Positions 19,805 to 30,799 of a DNA stretch of 64,000 nucleotides are shown piece by piece. Made by a program: the position numbers and the translations under genes. The notes beneath the pieces were generated by a model that saw nothing but the letters and a program-made list of their open reading frames with translations, was not told the origin of the DNA and did no database searches. Origin of the DNA: an uncultured delta proteobacterium (GTDB taxonomy: Bacteria; Myxococcota_A; UBA9160; SZUA-336); contig CAVPHD010000003.1 in the NCBI GenBank assembly GCA_963704165.1, positions 288,001-352,000 on the forward strand. Reading direction: 5' to 3'. Position 1 is the first letter of the stretch. Every line of letters starts with the position of its first letter.

Positions 19805-21003
19805 TGCTCGACGGCATCCGGGTCGTCGAGCTTGCGGTCTGGGTCGCCGGGCCCGGCGCCGGCGGGATCCTCGCCGACTGGGGTGCGGACGTGGTGAAGA
19901 TCGAGCCACCCGAGGGCGACCCGTGCCGGAGCTTGTTCATGCACCTCGCCGGACTGAAGGAGCCGAAGTCCCCGCCCTTCGACCTCGACAACCGCGGCAA
20001 GCGCAGCGTCGTTCTCGACCTGCGCTCCCCCGACGGGCTCGCCCTCGCGCGCCGGCTCGTCGCGAACGCGGACATCTTCCTCTCGAACCTGCGACCCGAC
20101 GCGCTCGACAAGCTCGGACTCGACTACGAGACGCTCGCCCCGGAGTGTCCCCGATTGGTGTACGGGAGCATCACCGGCTACGGGCTGCGCGGGCCGGAGC
20201 GCGACCGTGCGGCGTACGACGTGGGCGCGTTCTGGGCGCGGAGCGGTGCCGAGCACATCATGTTCCCGACCGACGTCGAACCGCACGGCGTGCGCGGTGG
20301 CTTCGGCGATCACGTGACGGCGATGGCTCTCGTCTCGGGCGTCATGGCCGCGCTGTACCAACGCGAACGCACGGGCCGGGGACAACTCGTGGCGACGTCC
20401 CTTCTGCGCACGGGCCTGTACTGTGTCGGCTGGGACACGGGCATCCGCCTGCGCTTCGGCACCGTCGCGCCGACCGCCCCGCGCACGCAGCCGCTGAATC
20501 CGGTCTTGAACCAGTACAAGAGTCGCGACGCGCGCTGGTTCTGGTTGCTCGGGCTCGAGGCCGAGCGGCACTGGCCGAAGCTCGCGCGCGCGATCGAACG
20601 CCCGGAGCTGATCGCGGACGATCGCTTCGCGGACGCGCGCACGCGGCGGAGGAACTCGGCGGAGCTGACGTCGATCCTCGACGCCGCATTCGCGACGCGC
20701 GATCTCGCCGAGTGGGCAGCCCGTTTCGACACCGAGGATCTCTGGTGGGCGCCCGTCCAGACACAGGACGAGGTCGTGGCGGACCCGCAGGTGCGGGCGA
20801 TGGCGGGCATCGTGACCGTTCCCGACTACGGCGACGAAGGCAGCTTCGAGGCCGTGGCGACTCCACTCGAGTTCTCCAGCTCCGACGTCGGACCGAAGGG
20901 CCCGCCGCCGCGGCTCGGCGAGCACACCGACGCCGTGCTTCGCGAGCTCGGCCTCGCCGACGACGACATCACCCACCTGCGCACACGAGGGATCGCACGA
21001 TGA
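19804..21003 (+). CDS. CaiB/BaiF family III CoA-transferase
   Basis: LDGIRVVEL, LADWGADVVKIE, NRGKRS, PPRLGEHT. Confidence 0.93.
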   Translation: MLDGIRVVELAVWVAGPGAGGILADWGADVVKIEPPEGDPCRSLFMHLAGLKEPKSPPFDLDNRGKRSVVLDLRSPDGLALARRLVANADIFLSNLRPDALDKLGLDYETLAPECPRLVYGSITGYGLRGPERDRAAYDVGAFWARSGAEHIMFPTDVEPHGVRGGFGDHVTAMALVSGVMAALYQRERTGRGQLVATSLLRTGLYCVGWDTGIRLRFGTVAPTAPRTQPLNPVLNQYKSRDARWFWLLGLEAERHWPKLARAIERPELIADDRFADARTRRRNSAELTSILDAAFATRDLAEWAARFDTEDLWWAPVQTQDEVVADPQVRAMAGIVTVPDYGDEGSFEAVATPLEFSSSDVGPKGPPPRLGEHTDAVLRELGLADDDITHLRTRGIAR

Positions 21004-21761
21004 AGAACCCGAAGAACCTCTTCGACCTCACCGATCGGGTCGCGATCGTCACGGGTGGAAGCCGTGGCCTGGGCAAAGAGATGGTGCTCGCCTTCGCACA
21101 CGCCGGTGCGGACGTCGTGATCGCGAGCCGCAAGCTCGAAGCGTGCAGCGAGCTCGCGAAAGAGGTCACGCGCGAGACCGGCCGCAACGCGTTCCCCTAC
21201 GCCTGTCACGTCGGACGCTGGGACGAGATCGATGGACTCGTCGATGCCTCGTATCGCGAGTTCGGAAAGGTCGACGTGCTCGTGAACAACGCCGGCAAGT
21301 CGCCGCTCTACGACCACGTCGCGAACCTGACGGAGGCGCAGTACGACTCGGTGCTCGACCTGAACCTGAAGGGACCGTTCCGGCTGATGGCGCTCGTGGG
21401 CACGCGCATGGCACAGGGCGCGGGCGGCTCGATCATCAACATCTCGAGCATCGGCGCGATCCGCCCGTCGCCGGGAATCATCCCCTACTCGGGCGCGAAG
21501 GCGGCACTGAACGCGATGACGGTCGGCTTCGCGCGGGCGTTCGGCCCGAAGGTCCGCGTGAACTGCATCCAGCCCGGCTCCTTCCTCACCGACATCTCGA
21601 AGGCCTGGGACATGAAAGCATTCGCGCAGCAGGCCAAGGTCTTCGCGCTCGAGCGCGGAGGCGAACCGAGCGAGATCGTCGGCGCGGCGCTGTACTTCGC
21701 GAGCGACGCGTCGAGCTACACGACCGGCGCGATCCTCGCCGTGGACGGCGGCGTTCCCTGA
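21000..21761 (+). CDS. Short-chain dehydrogenase/reductase
   Basis: TGGSRGLG, NNAG, YSGAK; ATGA overlap with the upstream gene. Confidence 0.92.
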   Translation: MKNPKNLFDLTDRVAIVTGGSRGLGKEMVLAFAHAGADVVIASRKLEACSELAKEVTRETGRNAFPYACHVGRWDEIDGLVDASYREFGKVDVLVNNAGKSPLYDHVANLTEAQYDSVLDLNLKGPFRLMALVGTRMAQGAGGSIINISSIGAIRPSPGIIPYSGAKAALNAMTVGFARAFGPKVRVNCIQPGSFLTDISKAWDMKAFAQQAKVFALERGGEPSEIVGAALYFASDASSYTTGAILAVDGGVP

Positions 21762-22400
21762 GTGACCCGTCTCGATCGCGCCTTCTTCTCGCGCCCGGTC
21801 CTCGAGGTCGCGCCCCGGCTTCTCGGCTGCCGTCTCGTGCACGTGCTTCCGGACCGCGGCGTGCTCGCGGGTCGGATCGTCGAGGTCGAAGCCTACTTGG
21901 GCGACGGCAGCGATGAGGGCTCGCACAGCCACCGCGGAAGGACGCGCAGAAACCGCTCGATGTTCGGCCCCCCGGGACACTTCTACGTGTACCTGAGCCA
22001 CGGCCTTCACGTCTGCGCGAACGTGGTCTGCGAGCGCGCGGGCGTCGGTGCCGCGGTGCTCCTGCGCGCGGTCGAGCCGATCGAGGGCGAGGTGCGGATG
22101 CGCGGCCATCGCGGCGGACGCAGCGGCTTCGAGCTCACCAACGGCCCGGGCAAGCTCGCTTCGGCCTTCGCGATCACCCTCGCGGACGACGGCGCCTCCG
22201 CGCTGCGCGGCGCGCTTCGGATCGAGGCCCGGAGGGAAACGGACGAACCCGCGATCGAGGTCAGCCCGCGCATCGGGCTCGGGAAAGCCGTCGATCTGCC
22301 CTACCGCTTCACCGTGTCGGGGAATCCCTGGGTCTCTCGGCGCGCTGGCCGATCCCGCCCGGCTGCCCCTATCATCGGAGCGACGTGCCCAACGAAGTGA
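21762..22400 (+). CDS. mpg: DNA-3-methyladenine glycosylase (AAG/MPG type)
   Basis: GRIVEVEAY, MFGPPGHFYVY, AVLLRAVEP, TNGPGKL, PRIG. Confidence 0.92.
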   Translation: MTRLDRAFFSRPVLEVAPRLLGCRLVHVLPDRGVLAGRIVEVEAYLGDGSDEGSHSHRGRTRRNRSMFGPPGHFYVYLSHGLHVCANVVCERAGVGAAVLLRAVEPIEGEVRMRGHRGGRSGFELTNGPGKLASAFAITLADDGASALRGALRIEARRETDEPAIEVSPRIGLGKAVDLPYRFTVSGNPWVSRRAGRSRPAAPIIGATCPTK

Positions 22401-23446
22401 TCGAAGCGAAGTCCCTCGCCGCGCTGCCGTCGCGCGAGCGTTTTCTTCGCGCGGCGCGGGGTGTGCCGGTCGATCGACCGCCCGTCTGGCTGATGCGCCA
22501 GGCCGGCCGCTACCTGCCGGAGTACCGCGAGCTGCGCGTGAAGACGAGCTTTCTCGACATGTGCGACCGGTCCGATCTCGCGACCGAGGTCTCGCTCCAG
22601 CCGTTCCGGCGCTTCGGCATGGACGGCGTCGTGGTCTTCTCGGACATCTTGTTGCCGCTGCGCGGCGCGGGACTCGACCTCGACTTCGCACCGGGACCGA
22701 TCGTCGCGAATCCGGTCGAGAGCGAATCCGATCTCGCGCGGCTCGAGGGCGACATCGCCGCTTCGGTCGCACCGACCTGCGACGCGATTCGCAGTCTGCG
22801 CCGCGAGCTCGGCGACCAGGCCGCGGTGCTCGGCTTCGCCGGTGCTCCCTGGACGTTGGCGGCCTACGCGACCGAGTCGAAGCTCTCGCGCGATCTCGAC
22901 GTGCTCTCGGCGCTCTCCTGGCGCGAGCCCGCGCTTCTCGACCGGCTGCTCGATCGCATGGTGGAGATCTGCGCCGAGACGCTCCGACTCGAGATCGAGG
23001 CCGGCGCGGATTGCGTGCAGATCTTCGATACCTGGGCGGGAATGCTCTCGGCCAAGCGCTTCGAGCGCACCGCGGGCCGCGCACTGCGCGCGGTGATCGA
23101 GCGGCTCGGGCCCGATCGCCCGCCGGTGATCGTCTTCGCGCGTGGCGCGGCCCACCTGCTGGACGAGCTCGCGGGCCTCGGTGCCGACGTCGTCTCGCTC
23201 GACTGGCGCGTCGATCTGGCAGAGGCCGCTTCGGGAATCGGACAGCGCGTCTCGCTGCAGGGGAACCTCGATCCGACCGCGCTCTTCGCGAAGCTTCCCG
23301 ACCTGGCGCGCACGACGACCGAGCTCGTCCGTGCCGGCCGAAAGGCGCGCGGCCACATCGTCAACCTCGGTCACGGCGTGCTGCAGCGAACACCCGTCGA
23401 GGCCGTTGCCACCTTCGTGCGCACGGTGCAGGAGTCCTCGTCGTAA
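22385..23446 (+). CDS. hemE: Uroporphyrinogen decarboxylase
   Basis: PVWLMRQAGRYLPEY, FSDIL, GFAGAPWTLAAY, QGNLDP, NLGHG. Confidence 0.96.
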   Translation: MPNEVIEAKSLAALPSRERFLRAARGVPVDRPPVWLMRQAGRYLPEYRELRVKTSFLDMCDRSDLATEVSLQPFRRFGMDGVVVFSDILLPLRGAGLDLDFAPGPIVANPVESESDLARLEGDIAASVAPTCDAIRSLRRELGDQAAVLGFAGAPWTLAAYATESKLSRDLDVLSALSWREPALLDRLLDRMVEICAETLRLEIEAGADCVQIFDTWAGMLSAKRFERTAGRALRAVIERLGPDRPPVIVFARGAAHLLDELAGLGADVVSLDWRVDLAEAASGIGQRVSLQGNLDPTALFAKLPDLARTTTELVRAGRKARGHIVNLGHGVLQRTPVEAVATFVRTVQESSS

Positions 23447-24774
23447 TGCAGGCCGAGACGATCGTCGTCGGGGCGGGGATCGCCGGACTCGCATGCGCGA
23501 CCGAGCTCGTCCGGCGCGGCGCGGGCGACGTGCTCGTGCTCGAAGCCTCGACGCGCGCGGGAGGCGCGGCCGACACCGTGACCCGAGGCGCGTACACCGT
23601 CGAACGGGGACCGAACACGGTACGCGGAACGCAGGGGTTGGAAGCGCTCGCAGAGTCGGCCGGGCTCGGCCTCGTCCCGGCGAATCGCGCCGCGCCGTAC
23701 CTGGTCTCGAACTCCGCGCTCGTGGCGATGCCGCCACCGATCGGCGCGCTGCTCTCGGGTTCGGTCCTGCCTTGGCGGGGAATCGTGTCGGCGCTCGCCG
23801 AGCCGTTCCGTCCGGTCCGGGCCGGCCCCAAGACCGTGCACGAACTCGTCGCGGAGCGCTTCGGCGAGACCGTCGCCAGCCGATTCGCCGACGTGCTGAC
23901 GCTCGGAATCTACGGTGAGAGCGCAGACCAGGTCGGCTTCGAGTCCGCGTTTCCGGATCTCGCCGATGCGCTCGAGCGCGCGGGCGGACGCTTCTCGCGC
24001 CTTGCCTTCCAGCGGCTCCGGGCGAGAGGCAGCGGACCGCCACGAATGGGTATCGTCTCGACCGAGCACGGCCTCGGTGGGCTCTGCGAACGTCTCTCGA
24101 CGAACCTCGGCGAGCGACTTCGGATCTCGACGCCCGTGAAGCGCGCGCGCGGCCGCGCGGGCAGCTTCGAGCTCGAAGCCGGTGAGCACGGCGAGACCAA
24201 GCTCACTTGCCGAAACCTCGTGCTCGCGATCTCCGGCACCGCCGCCTCACGCGTGCTCGAGCTGCCTGCGGCGACGAAGCTGCTCGAGGGGTATCGCGCG
24301 GTTCCGCAGACGCTCGTCACGTTCGCGCTCGAGGAGCCCGCCTGCGCGTCGCGCTGGCCCGGCCTGGGGTTCCTCGCACCGTCGCGCGAGCGGCTGCCGC
24401 TGCTCGGGTGCCTGTTCCCGAGCAATCTATTCGCCGGTCGCGCTCCGGCGGGATCACTCCTGCTCTCGGTCTTTGCCGCGCGAGAGCTCCGAACCGCGCC
24501 CGACGCGACGCTCGTCCGCGAGATCGCACCGGTGCTCAAGCGCCTGCTCGGCGCGACGCGCGATCCGCAGCTCCTCGACGTCGCGCGCTACCCCGAGGGC
24601 ATCTCGCTGTACGATCGCGGTCATCGCGAGCGCACAGCACAGCTCCGACGCTGTCTCGCCGAGGCCGACGGTCCGATCCTCTGCGGTGTCGGCTACGACG
24701 GCGTGGCCTTCGGAGCGGCCGCGGAGTCCGGGCTCGAGGCCGCGCGATCGCTCGCCGCGCGTGACTCGCGCTAG
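23446..24774 (+). CDS. hemY: Protoporphyrinogen/coproporphyrinogen oxidase (HemY-type flavoprotein)
   Basis: VVGAGIAGL, ERGPNT, GFL..., LGCLFPSNLF; coupled to hemE (TAATG). Confidence 0.85.
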   Translation: MQAETIVVGAGIAGLACATELVRRGAGDVLVLEASTRAGGAADTVTRGAYTVERGPNTVRGTQGLEALAESAGLGLVPANRAAPYLVSNSALVAMPPPIGALLSGSVLPWRGIVSALAEPFRPVRAGPKTVHELVAERFGETVASRFADVLTLGIYGESADQVGFESAFPDLADALERAGGRFSRLAFQRLRARGSGPPRMGIVSTEHGLGGLCERLSTNLGERLRISTPVKRARGRAGSFELEAGEHGETKLTCRNLVLAISGTAASRVLELPAATKLLEGYRAVPQTLVTFALEEPACASRWPGLGFLAPSRERLPLLGCLFPSNLFAGRAPAGSLLLSVFAARELRTAPDATLVREIAPVLKRLLGATRDPQLLDVARYPEGISLYDRGHRERTAQLRRCLAEADGPILCGVGYDGVAFGAAAESGLEAARSLAARDSR

Positions 24775-24785
24775 CGAGTCGCGCG

Positions 24786-25223
24786 CTACCAGCGAATCCG
24801 CACGCGGCGCTTGCCCCAGGCCTTCGCCTTGCGAACGTCGTTGCCCAGATACAGGTCGATGCGCCGGGTCCAGCGCTTCGCCGTGCGGTCGCCGACCTGC
24901 CACTCGCCGTCGAGCCCGTCGATCCGGAGCTTCACGCCCTTCGTCAGTCCGAGCTTCTCGAGATCCCGCGAGACCGCGACGATGCGCATCCCGGGCCGCA
25001 GCCGGATACCGAACGCGGTGAGCGTCGGATCGCCATCGGTCTGGTTCCGGATCGAGTTGTACGCGGTCGCGGTGACGTCGAGCCAGCGCGTATACGCAGC
25101 CGCGGGACTCGCCTCCGGCGTTCCGCGAATCCACGCGCAACCCGAAAGCGCGAACGCCGCCAGGCCGAGCGCGAGCGCGCGGACGGGCGCACTCACGGCG
25201 GGTCGTGACCTCGCGTCCGTCAT
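24786..25223 (-). CDS. 3D-domain (MltA-like) lipoprotein
   Basis: Lipobox ALSGC; TATAYNS..QTDGDP, VAVSRDL, VGDR, RIDLY. Confidence 0.85.
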   Translation of the reverse strand: MTDARSRPAVSAPVRALALGLAAFALSGCAWIRGTPEASPAAAYTRWLDVTATAYNSIRNQTDGDPTLTAFGIRLRPGMRIVAVSRDLEKLGLTKGVKLRIDGLDGEWQVGDRTAKRWTRRIDLYLGNDVRKAKAWGKRRVRIRW

Positions 25224-25233
25224 GAAGGCTCGC

Positions 25234-28200
25234 CTACGGGGTGGAGAGGATCGAGTCGTCGGCTGCGGGCTTCTCGCGCCGAGTCCGCTTGCGCACGCGC
25301 GCGGGGAGCTTCCGCAGGTCCTCGAGGATCAGATAGCCGCTCGGCACGACGAAGAGCGTGATCGCGGCGGCGACGAGCACGCCGAACGCGAGTGAGATCG
25401 CCATCGGGATCAGGAACTGCGCCTGCATGCTGCGCGCGGACATCAGCGGCGCCAGGCCGAGGAACGTGGTCGCGGAGGTCAGGAAGATCGGACGGAAGCG
25501 CGCGATCGCCGCTTCGCGCACCGCCTGCTCGAGGTCGCCGCCTGCTTCGCGGCGCTGGTTCACGTAGTGCACGAGCACCAGGCTCGCGTTCACGACGACG
25601 CCCGACGCCGCGACGAGCCCCATCACCGACATCATCGCCATGTCGCGACCGAGCAGGAGGTGACCGCCGATCGAGCCGACGAACCCGAACGGGATCACGG
25701 ACATGATCAAGAGCGGCTGCATGTAGGAGCGCAACGGGATCGCCAGCAGCGCGTAGATCGCGAAGAGCGCGATCACGAACGAGCGCAGGAGCGAGCCGAA
25801 GACGCGCTGCTGCTCGCGCTGGACGCCCTCGAGCCGGTAGCTCAGGCCGGGATAGTCGGCGAGAACCTCGGCGATCGGCCCGTCCTCGAGCGAGGCGACG
25901 ACCGCCGTCTCCGTCGTGATCTTGCGGTCGACGTCGGCGGTCACGTTGACGACACGCTGCCGGTCGGCGCGGCGGATGGTCGCGAAGCCGCGGCCGAGAT
26001 CCGCATGCGCGACCACGCCGAAGGCCACCTCGGTCCCGTCGGGCGTGCGGATGCGCATGTTCTCGAGATCGCCGAGGGCGCCTTCGCTCCTCGGTCGGAT
26101 AGCGCACCATCACGCGCACGTCGTCGCGTCCGCGCTGGATGCGCTGCGCTTCCTCGCCGTAGAACGCCTGCCGGACCTGGCGCGCGAGATCGAGCTGGGT
26201 GAGTCCGAGCGCCTCCGCCTCCGGATGGATCGTGAGCTTGATCTCCTTCTTGCCGGCGCGGAACGAATCGGAGATGTCGGTGACACCGGGATAGGTCGCC
26301 AGCCGCGGACTTGATGCGGTCCGCGGCCTCGCGCAGCGCGTCGATGTCGTTTCCCTGGAGCTGCACGTTCACGGCTTCGCCCGCGGCGAAGAGCGCGGAA
26401 GCGAAGAGCAGCTCGACCGCGTCGGGCACCGGTCCGGTGAGCTCGCGCCAGCGTGACGCGATCTCGCTCGTGCGCAGCGAGCGGTCGTCGGCCGGCACGA
26501 GTTCGAGCGTCACCTCTCCGAGATGCGAGCCCACGCGCGAACGCGAGCTCGAGCTCCGCCGGGGACCGCCGCCGCCAGCGGACGCGAAGGGTTGCTCGCC
26601 GATCGACGCGTTCGAGTGTAGAACGTGGCTCGATCCCTCGAGCTCGTACCTCCGGTCGAGCTCCGCCGCGAGCGCGAGCGCCGCCGCCTCGATCTGACGC
26701 ACCGCCTCGGCCGTGACGTGCGCCGGACGTTCCCTGCGGCATGGTGAGCTGAGCCGAGACGTAGTCCGACTCGATCGGCGGGAAGAACGAGAAGCGCAGC
26801 CGACCGCTCGCGACGGTCGCGATCGCGAGCAGGAGAAGCGCCACGACGACGGCGATCGTCGTGTACCGCCACTCGAGCGTGGTCGCAGAGCCACGCGGCG
26901 AGTACCGGTCGTTGAGGAACGTCCTGGAAGCGCGCGTCGAAGCGGTTCTGAAAGCGCACCCACCCGTCCATCACGCGCGCCACGTGCACGCCCGAGACGC
27001 GAACCTCCGGCCGCGCGATCGTGGCCGTGACCGAGGTGCGCGGGCAGCACGAGCTGCGACTCGATGACCGAGAAGAGCAGGCACAGGATCACGACCGTGC
27101 GCGATCACCGACATGATCTGACCCATCGTGCCCGGCACGGACAGGAGCGGCGAGAACGCGGCCACGGTCGTGAGCACGCCGAAGATCACCGGCACCGTGA
27201 CCTCGGACGTGCCGCGGATCGCAGCCGCGAGCCAGTCCTCGCCGCGCTGCTGGTAGGTGTAGACGTTCTCGCCGACGACGATCGCGTCGTCGACGAGCAT
27301 GCCGAGCACCATGATGAAGCCGAAGGTCGAGATCGAGTTGATCGAGTAGCCGAGCCCCGGCATCAGGAAGATCGCACCGAGAATCGAGATCGGGTACGCC
27401 CATCGCGACCCAGAGCGCGACGCGCGCGCGCAGGAAGAGCATCAGGATGCCGACGACGAGCACGAGCCCCTGGATGCCGTTCGAGTACAGCGTCGAGAGC
27501 CGGCCGCGCAGACCGACCGACGAGTCGCGCCAGACGCTGATCGAGATGCCCTCGGGCATGCGCGCCTGCGCCGCTTCGCACGTAGCGCTTCACGGCGTCG
27601 GAGATCTCGATCACGTCCTGGTCGCCGATCCGGTACACGCGGACCATCACCGCCGGCTTGCCGTCGAAGCGCGCGCGCTGGTCGGTGTCCTCGAAGCCGT
27701 CGACCACTCGCGCGACGTCGCCGAGCCGCACGCGCGTGCCGTCGGCGCGCGAGAGCACGACGAGCTCTTCGAACTCGCGGCCGACGTACGCCTGCGCCTT
27801 CGTGCGCAGCAGGATCTCGCCGCCCTCGGTCTTGATCGTGCCGCCGGGCAGGTCGAGCGACGACGCGGCGCACGGCCTGCGCGACCTGGTCGAAGCTCAG
27901 CGCCGTGGCGGCGCAGCGCGGCTTCGGGGACTTCGATCGAGATCTCGTACGGCCGCGCGTTCGTGACTTCGACCTGGGTGATGCGCGGGATCCGCGGCGA
28001 GCTCGTCGCGCACGCGCTCGGCGAGCTGCTTCAGGCTGCGCTCGTCGGCGTCGCCGAAGATCGCGACGTCGGCCACCGACCGGCGGACGGTGACCTGCGA
28101 GACGATCGGCTTCTCGGCTTCGTCGGGAAGCGTGTCGAGCGCATCGACCTTGTTCTTCACGTCTGCGACGGCGCGGCGTCACGTCGGCGCCCTGGAGCAG

Positions 28201-28486
28201 CTCCGCGCTGACCACGCAGAGAGCCCTCGTTCGAGGTCGAGAGGATCTTCTCGATCCCCTCCACACCGTCGAGCTCCTCCTCGATGCGCACGCAGACGCC
28301 TTCTTCGACTTCCTCGGGCGCCGCGCCGCGGTACTCGACCGACACCACGACCTGGTCGATCTGGATGTCGGGCATCTCCTTCTGGGGGATCGCCGCGGTG
28401 CTGAGCAGACCGCCGACGATGACGACTCCCATCAGCAGGTTCGCCGCGACGGGATTGCGCGCGAACCACGCGACGATCCCTCTCAC
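25234..28486 (-). CDS. RND efflux permease (AcrB/AcrD/AcrF family), interrupted by many single-base indels
   Basis: WFARNPVAANLLM, VLGMLVDDAIVVGENV, GVVVNASLV, RFRPIFLTS, LIPMAISLAFG spread across several frames. Confidence 0.88.
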
Positions 28487-29679
28487 GATTTCCCTCCCTG
28501 CGCGGCGACATCGACGTCCGGCGCGACACGCACCGGCATGCCCTCGACGACGGTCTCGAGCGGCGAGACACAGACACGCTCACCGGATTCGAGTCCCGCG
28601 CGGATCACGACCTCGTCGCGGAGCGCGCGCAGGACCTCGACGTCGCGAAAGCGCAGACGCCCCTCCGCGTCGATCACGAGGACCTGTCGGTCACCGCGCA
28701 ACGCGGCGCGCGGGAGCACCGCGACTCCGGGCACGGTCTTCCCCTGGATCGAGGCGCGCACGAAGAGCCCGACCGCGAGCGGCGAGCGCTCGGCGTCGTC
28801 GGTGCGGCCATAGGGATCCTCGACGCGCGCCACGGCGTGGACCATGCGGCTGCGCGCGTCGATCTCGCCCTCGGTCCGGACGATGCGTCCCTTCCACTCG
28901 TGCTCCGTTCCGCCGAAGCGCGCGAAGAGCCGGACCTCGGGACCGAGCTCGTCGGGCTGCTCACCCCGCCAGACGAGCGGCAGATCGAGAAACGCGAGGT
29001 CTTCGTCGGGAATCGGCAGACGCACCTCTGCCCAGTCCACCGCGTAGAGCGTCGCGATCGGTCCGCCGCGGCTCACGAACTGCCCGACGTCCACCTTCTC
29101 GTCGCGGACGCGGCCCGCGAATGGAGCGTGCAGGTTCGTGCGCGCGAGATCGCGTTCGGCCTGAACCAGCGCGGCCCGGGTTTCGCGCAGCGCCGCCGAG
29201 GCGACCGCTTGATTTCGCACTGCCTCGTCGAGCTGCGCCGCGCTGGCGAAGTCGCGTGCGGCGAGCGCCCGGCGGCGGGTCAGCTCGGAGGCCGCGCGCG
29301 CCTCTTCGCTCGCGGCGCGCGCGACGGACGCGCGCGCGCGCTCGAGCGCCACTTCGTAATCGCGTGGGTCGATGCGCACGAGCAGGTCGCCGTCGGCGAA
29401 GAACCCACCCGAGACGAGCGCAGGCGAGATCTCCAACACGCGGCCGGACACCTCTGGGATCAGTGCGCTCTCGGTGCGCGGCGCGACGGTGCCGTGCGTG
29501 GTCACCTCGAGCGTCAGGTCCCGCAGCTCGACCGTCGTGACGCGCACGAGCGGCGTGGCGGGTTCCGGCGCCTTCGTCACGACTTCGGGTCGGGTCGCGA
29601 TCAGGAGGATGGCGCCCGACGCTCCGAGCGCGAGGACCGCCAGGGGCGCGACCAGACGGGTGGACAGCTTCATCACCAT
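28483..29679 (-). CDS. RND periplasmic adaptor (membrane fusion protein)
   Basis: N-terminal anchor; EVSGRV, IDPRDYE, coiled coil, APFAGRV; GTGA overlap with the permease. Confidence 0.9.
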   Translation of the reverse strand: MVMKLSTRLVAPLAVLALGASGAILLIATRPEVVTKAPEPATPLVRVTTVELRDLTLEVTTHGTVAPRTESALIPEVSGRVLEISPALVSGGFFADGDLLVRIDPRDYEVALERARASVARAASEEARAASELTRRRALAARDFASAAQLDEAVRNQAVASAALRETRAALVQAERDLARTNLHAPFAGRVRDEKVDVGQFVSRGGPIATLYAVDWAEVRLPIPDEDLAFLDLPLVWRGEQPDELGPEVRLFARFGGTEHEWKGRIVRTEGEIDARSRMVHAVARVEDPYGRTDDAERSPLAVGLFVRASIQGKTVPGVAVLPRAALRGDRQVLVIDAEGRLRFRDVEVLRALRDEVVIRAGLESGERVCVSPLETVVEGMPVRVAPDVDVAAQGGKS

Positions 29680-30362
29680 CACAGGGTCTCCTCGGGAGCT
29701 GCAGCTCGGCGCGTGCGGATTCTGGAGCGGGCGGGCGCACGCAGGCCCGCTGCGAGAAAGGCGATCATCTCGTCGAGGACCACGCGGTCGGGGATCTCGG
29801 CGACGAGGCCGGTGAATCCCGGCGCGAGCCGATGACGGCCCGCCAGGAAGTGGAGCATCGCCCCGATCACCATCTGAAAGCGGAGCGCCGTCGCCGAGCG
29901 GTCCACGCGGCCGAGGACGCGCGCGATCGCGGCGTGAAAGCGCCTCGCGCATTCGCCGAAGAGGCTCTCGATCAGCTCGGGCATGCGCTCGTGCGGCTCG
30001 GTGTAGAGCAGCGTGGCGACATCGCGGGACTCGAGCTCGGAGCGCATCGCGGCGAAAGCCGGCTCGAGCAAGGCCGCGAGGACCGGCTCGAGCGTGCGCG
30101 GTCTTCCGGCGCGCCAGCTCGCTTCGACGGCGTCGAGTCGAGCCAGCCGCTCCGCGTTCACCGGCGCGACGTGGCGCTCGAGCACCGCGCGAAGCAGCTC
30201 GTCCTTGCCGCCGAAGTGGTAGCCGACCGCGGCCAGGTTCACGCCGGCCTCGCTCGTCAGCGCCCGCAGCGAGGCCCCCCGAAAACCGCGCTCGAGGAAG
30301 AGGCGCTCCGCCGCATCGAGGATCCGATCCGGGGTCGGCGACTTTCGGGACGAGACGGCCAT
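29679..30362 (-). CDS. TetR-family regulator, PsrA-like
   Basis: RILDAAERLFLERGFRGASLRALTSEAGVNLAAVGYHFGGK. Confidence 0.9.
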   Translation of the reverse strand: MAVSSRKSPTPDRILDAAERLFLERGFRGASLRALTSEAGVNLAAVGYHFGGKDELLRAVLERHVAPVNAERLARLDAVEASWRAGRPRTLEPVLAALLEPAFAAMRSELESRDVATLLYTEPHERMPELIESLFGECARRFHAAIARVLGRVDRSATALRFQMVIGAMLHFLAGRHRLAPGFTGLVAEIPDRVVLDEMIAFLAAGLRAPARSRIRTRRAAAPEETL

Positions 30363-30372
30363 CGGCTCTCCA

Positions 30373-30392
30373 ATTCAAACGTACGTTCGAAT
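30373..30392. promoter_or_regulatory. Palindromic TetR (PsrA-type) operator
   Basis: ATTCAAACGTACGTTCGAAT, 20-bp palindrome with one mismatched pair; adjoins a minus-strand TATGAT -10 (30391-30396) and lies 10 nt upstream of the TetR ATG. Confidence 0.8.
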
Positions 30393-30457
30393 CATAGACG
30401 CGCGCGTGGAGAGCTGTCGAGCGCGCCGCTTGCCCGGCAGGCCCCCGGACCTCGAAG

Positions 30458-30799
30458 ATGGGGCCGATGCGCGTACGCGGGATCTGGCTCTCGACCCTGA
30501 TGCTCGTCGCCGGATCGGCCTGCGGCCCCGAATCCGCGCCGGTCGCGTCGGTCACGCTCGAGCCCGGGCTCGCGCGCGTGTACCTCACGACCTGCGCCAG
30601 CTGCCATGCCCGGCCCGGCATTGGCGTTCCGCTGACGGGCCTCGACGCGGACTGGCGCGAGCGCCGCGAGAAGGGAATGGACGTTCTGCTCGCGAACACG
30701 GTGAACGGATCGCTCGGCATGCCGCCACTCGGCACCTGTGGACTCTGCTCCGAGAGCGACTTCCGATCGCTGATCCGATACATGGCCGGCCTGCCGTGA
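30458..30799 (+). CDS. Cytochrome c5-family lipoprotein (SphB-like)
   Basis: Lipobox-like GSAC, CASCH haem motif, GMPP axial Met, C-terminal CGLC. Confidence 0.88.
   Translation: MGPMRVRGIWLSTLMLVAGSACGPESAPVASVTLEPGLARVYLTTCASCHARPGIGVPLTGLDADWRERREKGMDVLLANTVNGSLGMPPLGTCGLCSESDFRSLIRYMAGLP

Noticed and set aside
25234..28486. RND permease as a pseudogene or programmed-frameshift gene
   Set aside because: Too many scattered indels with intact motifs and no slippery-site pattern; assembly error is more parsimonious.
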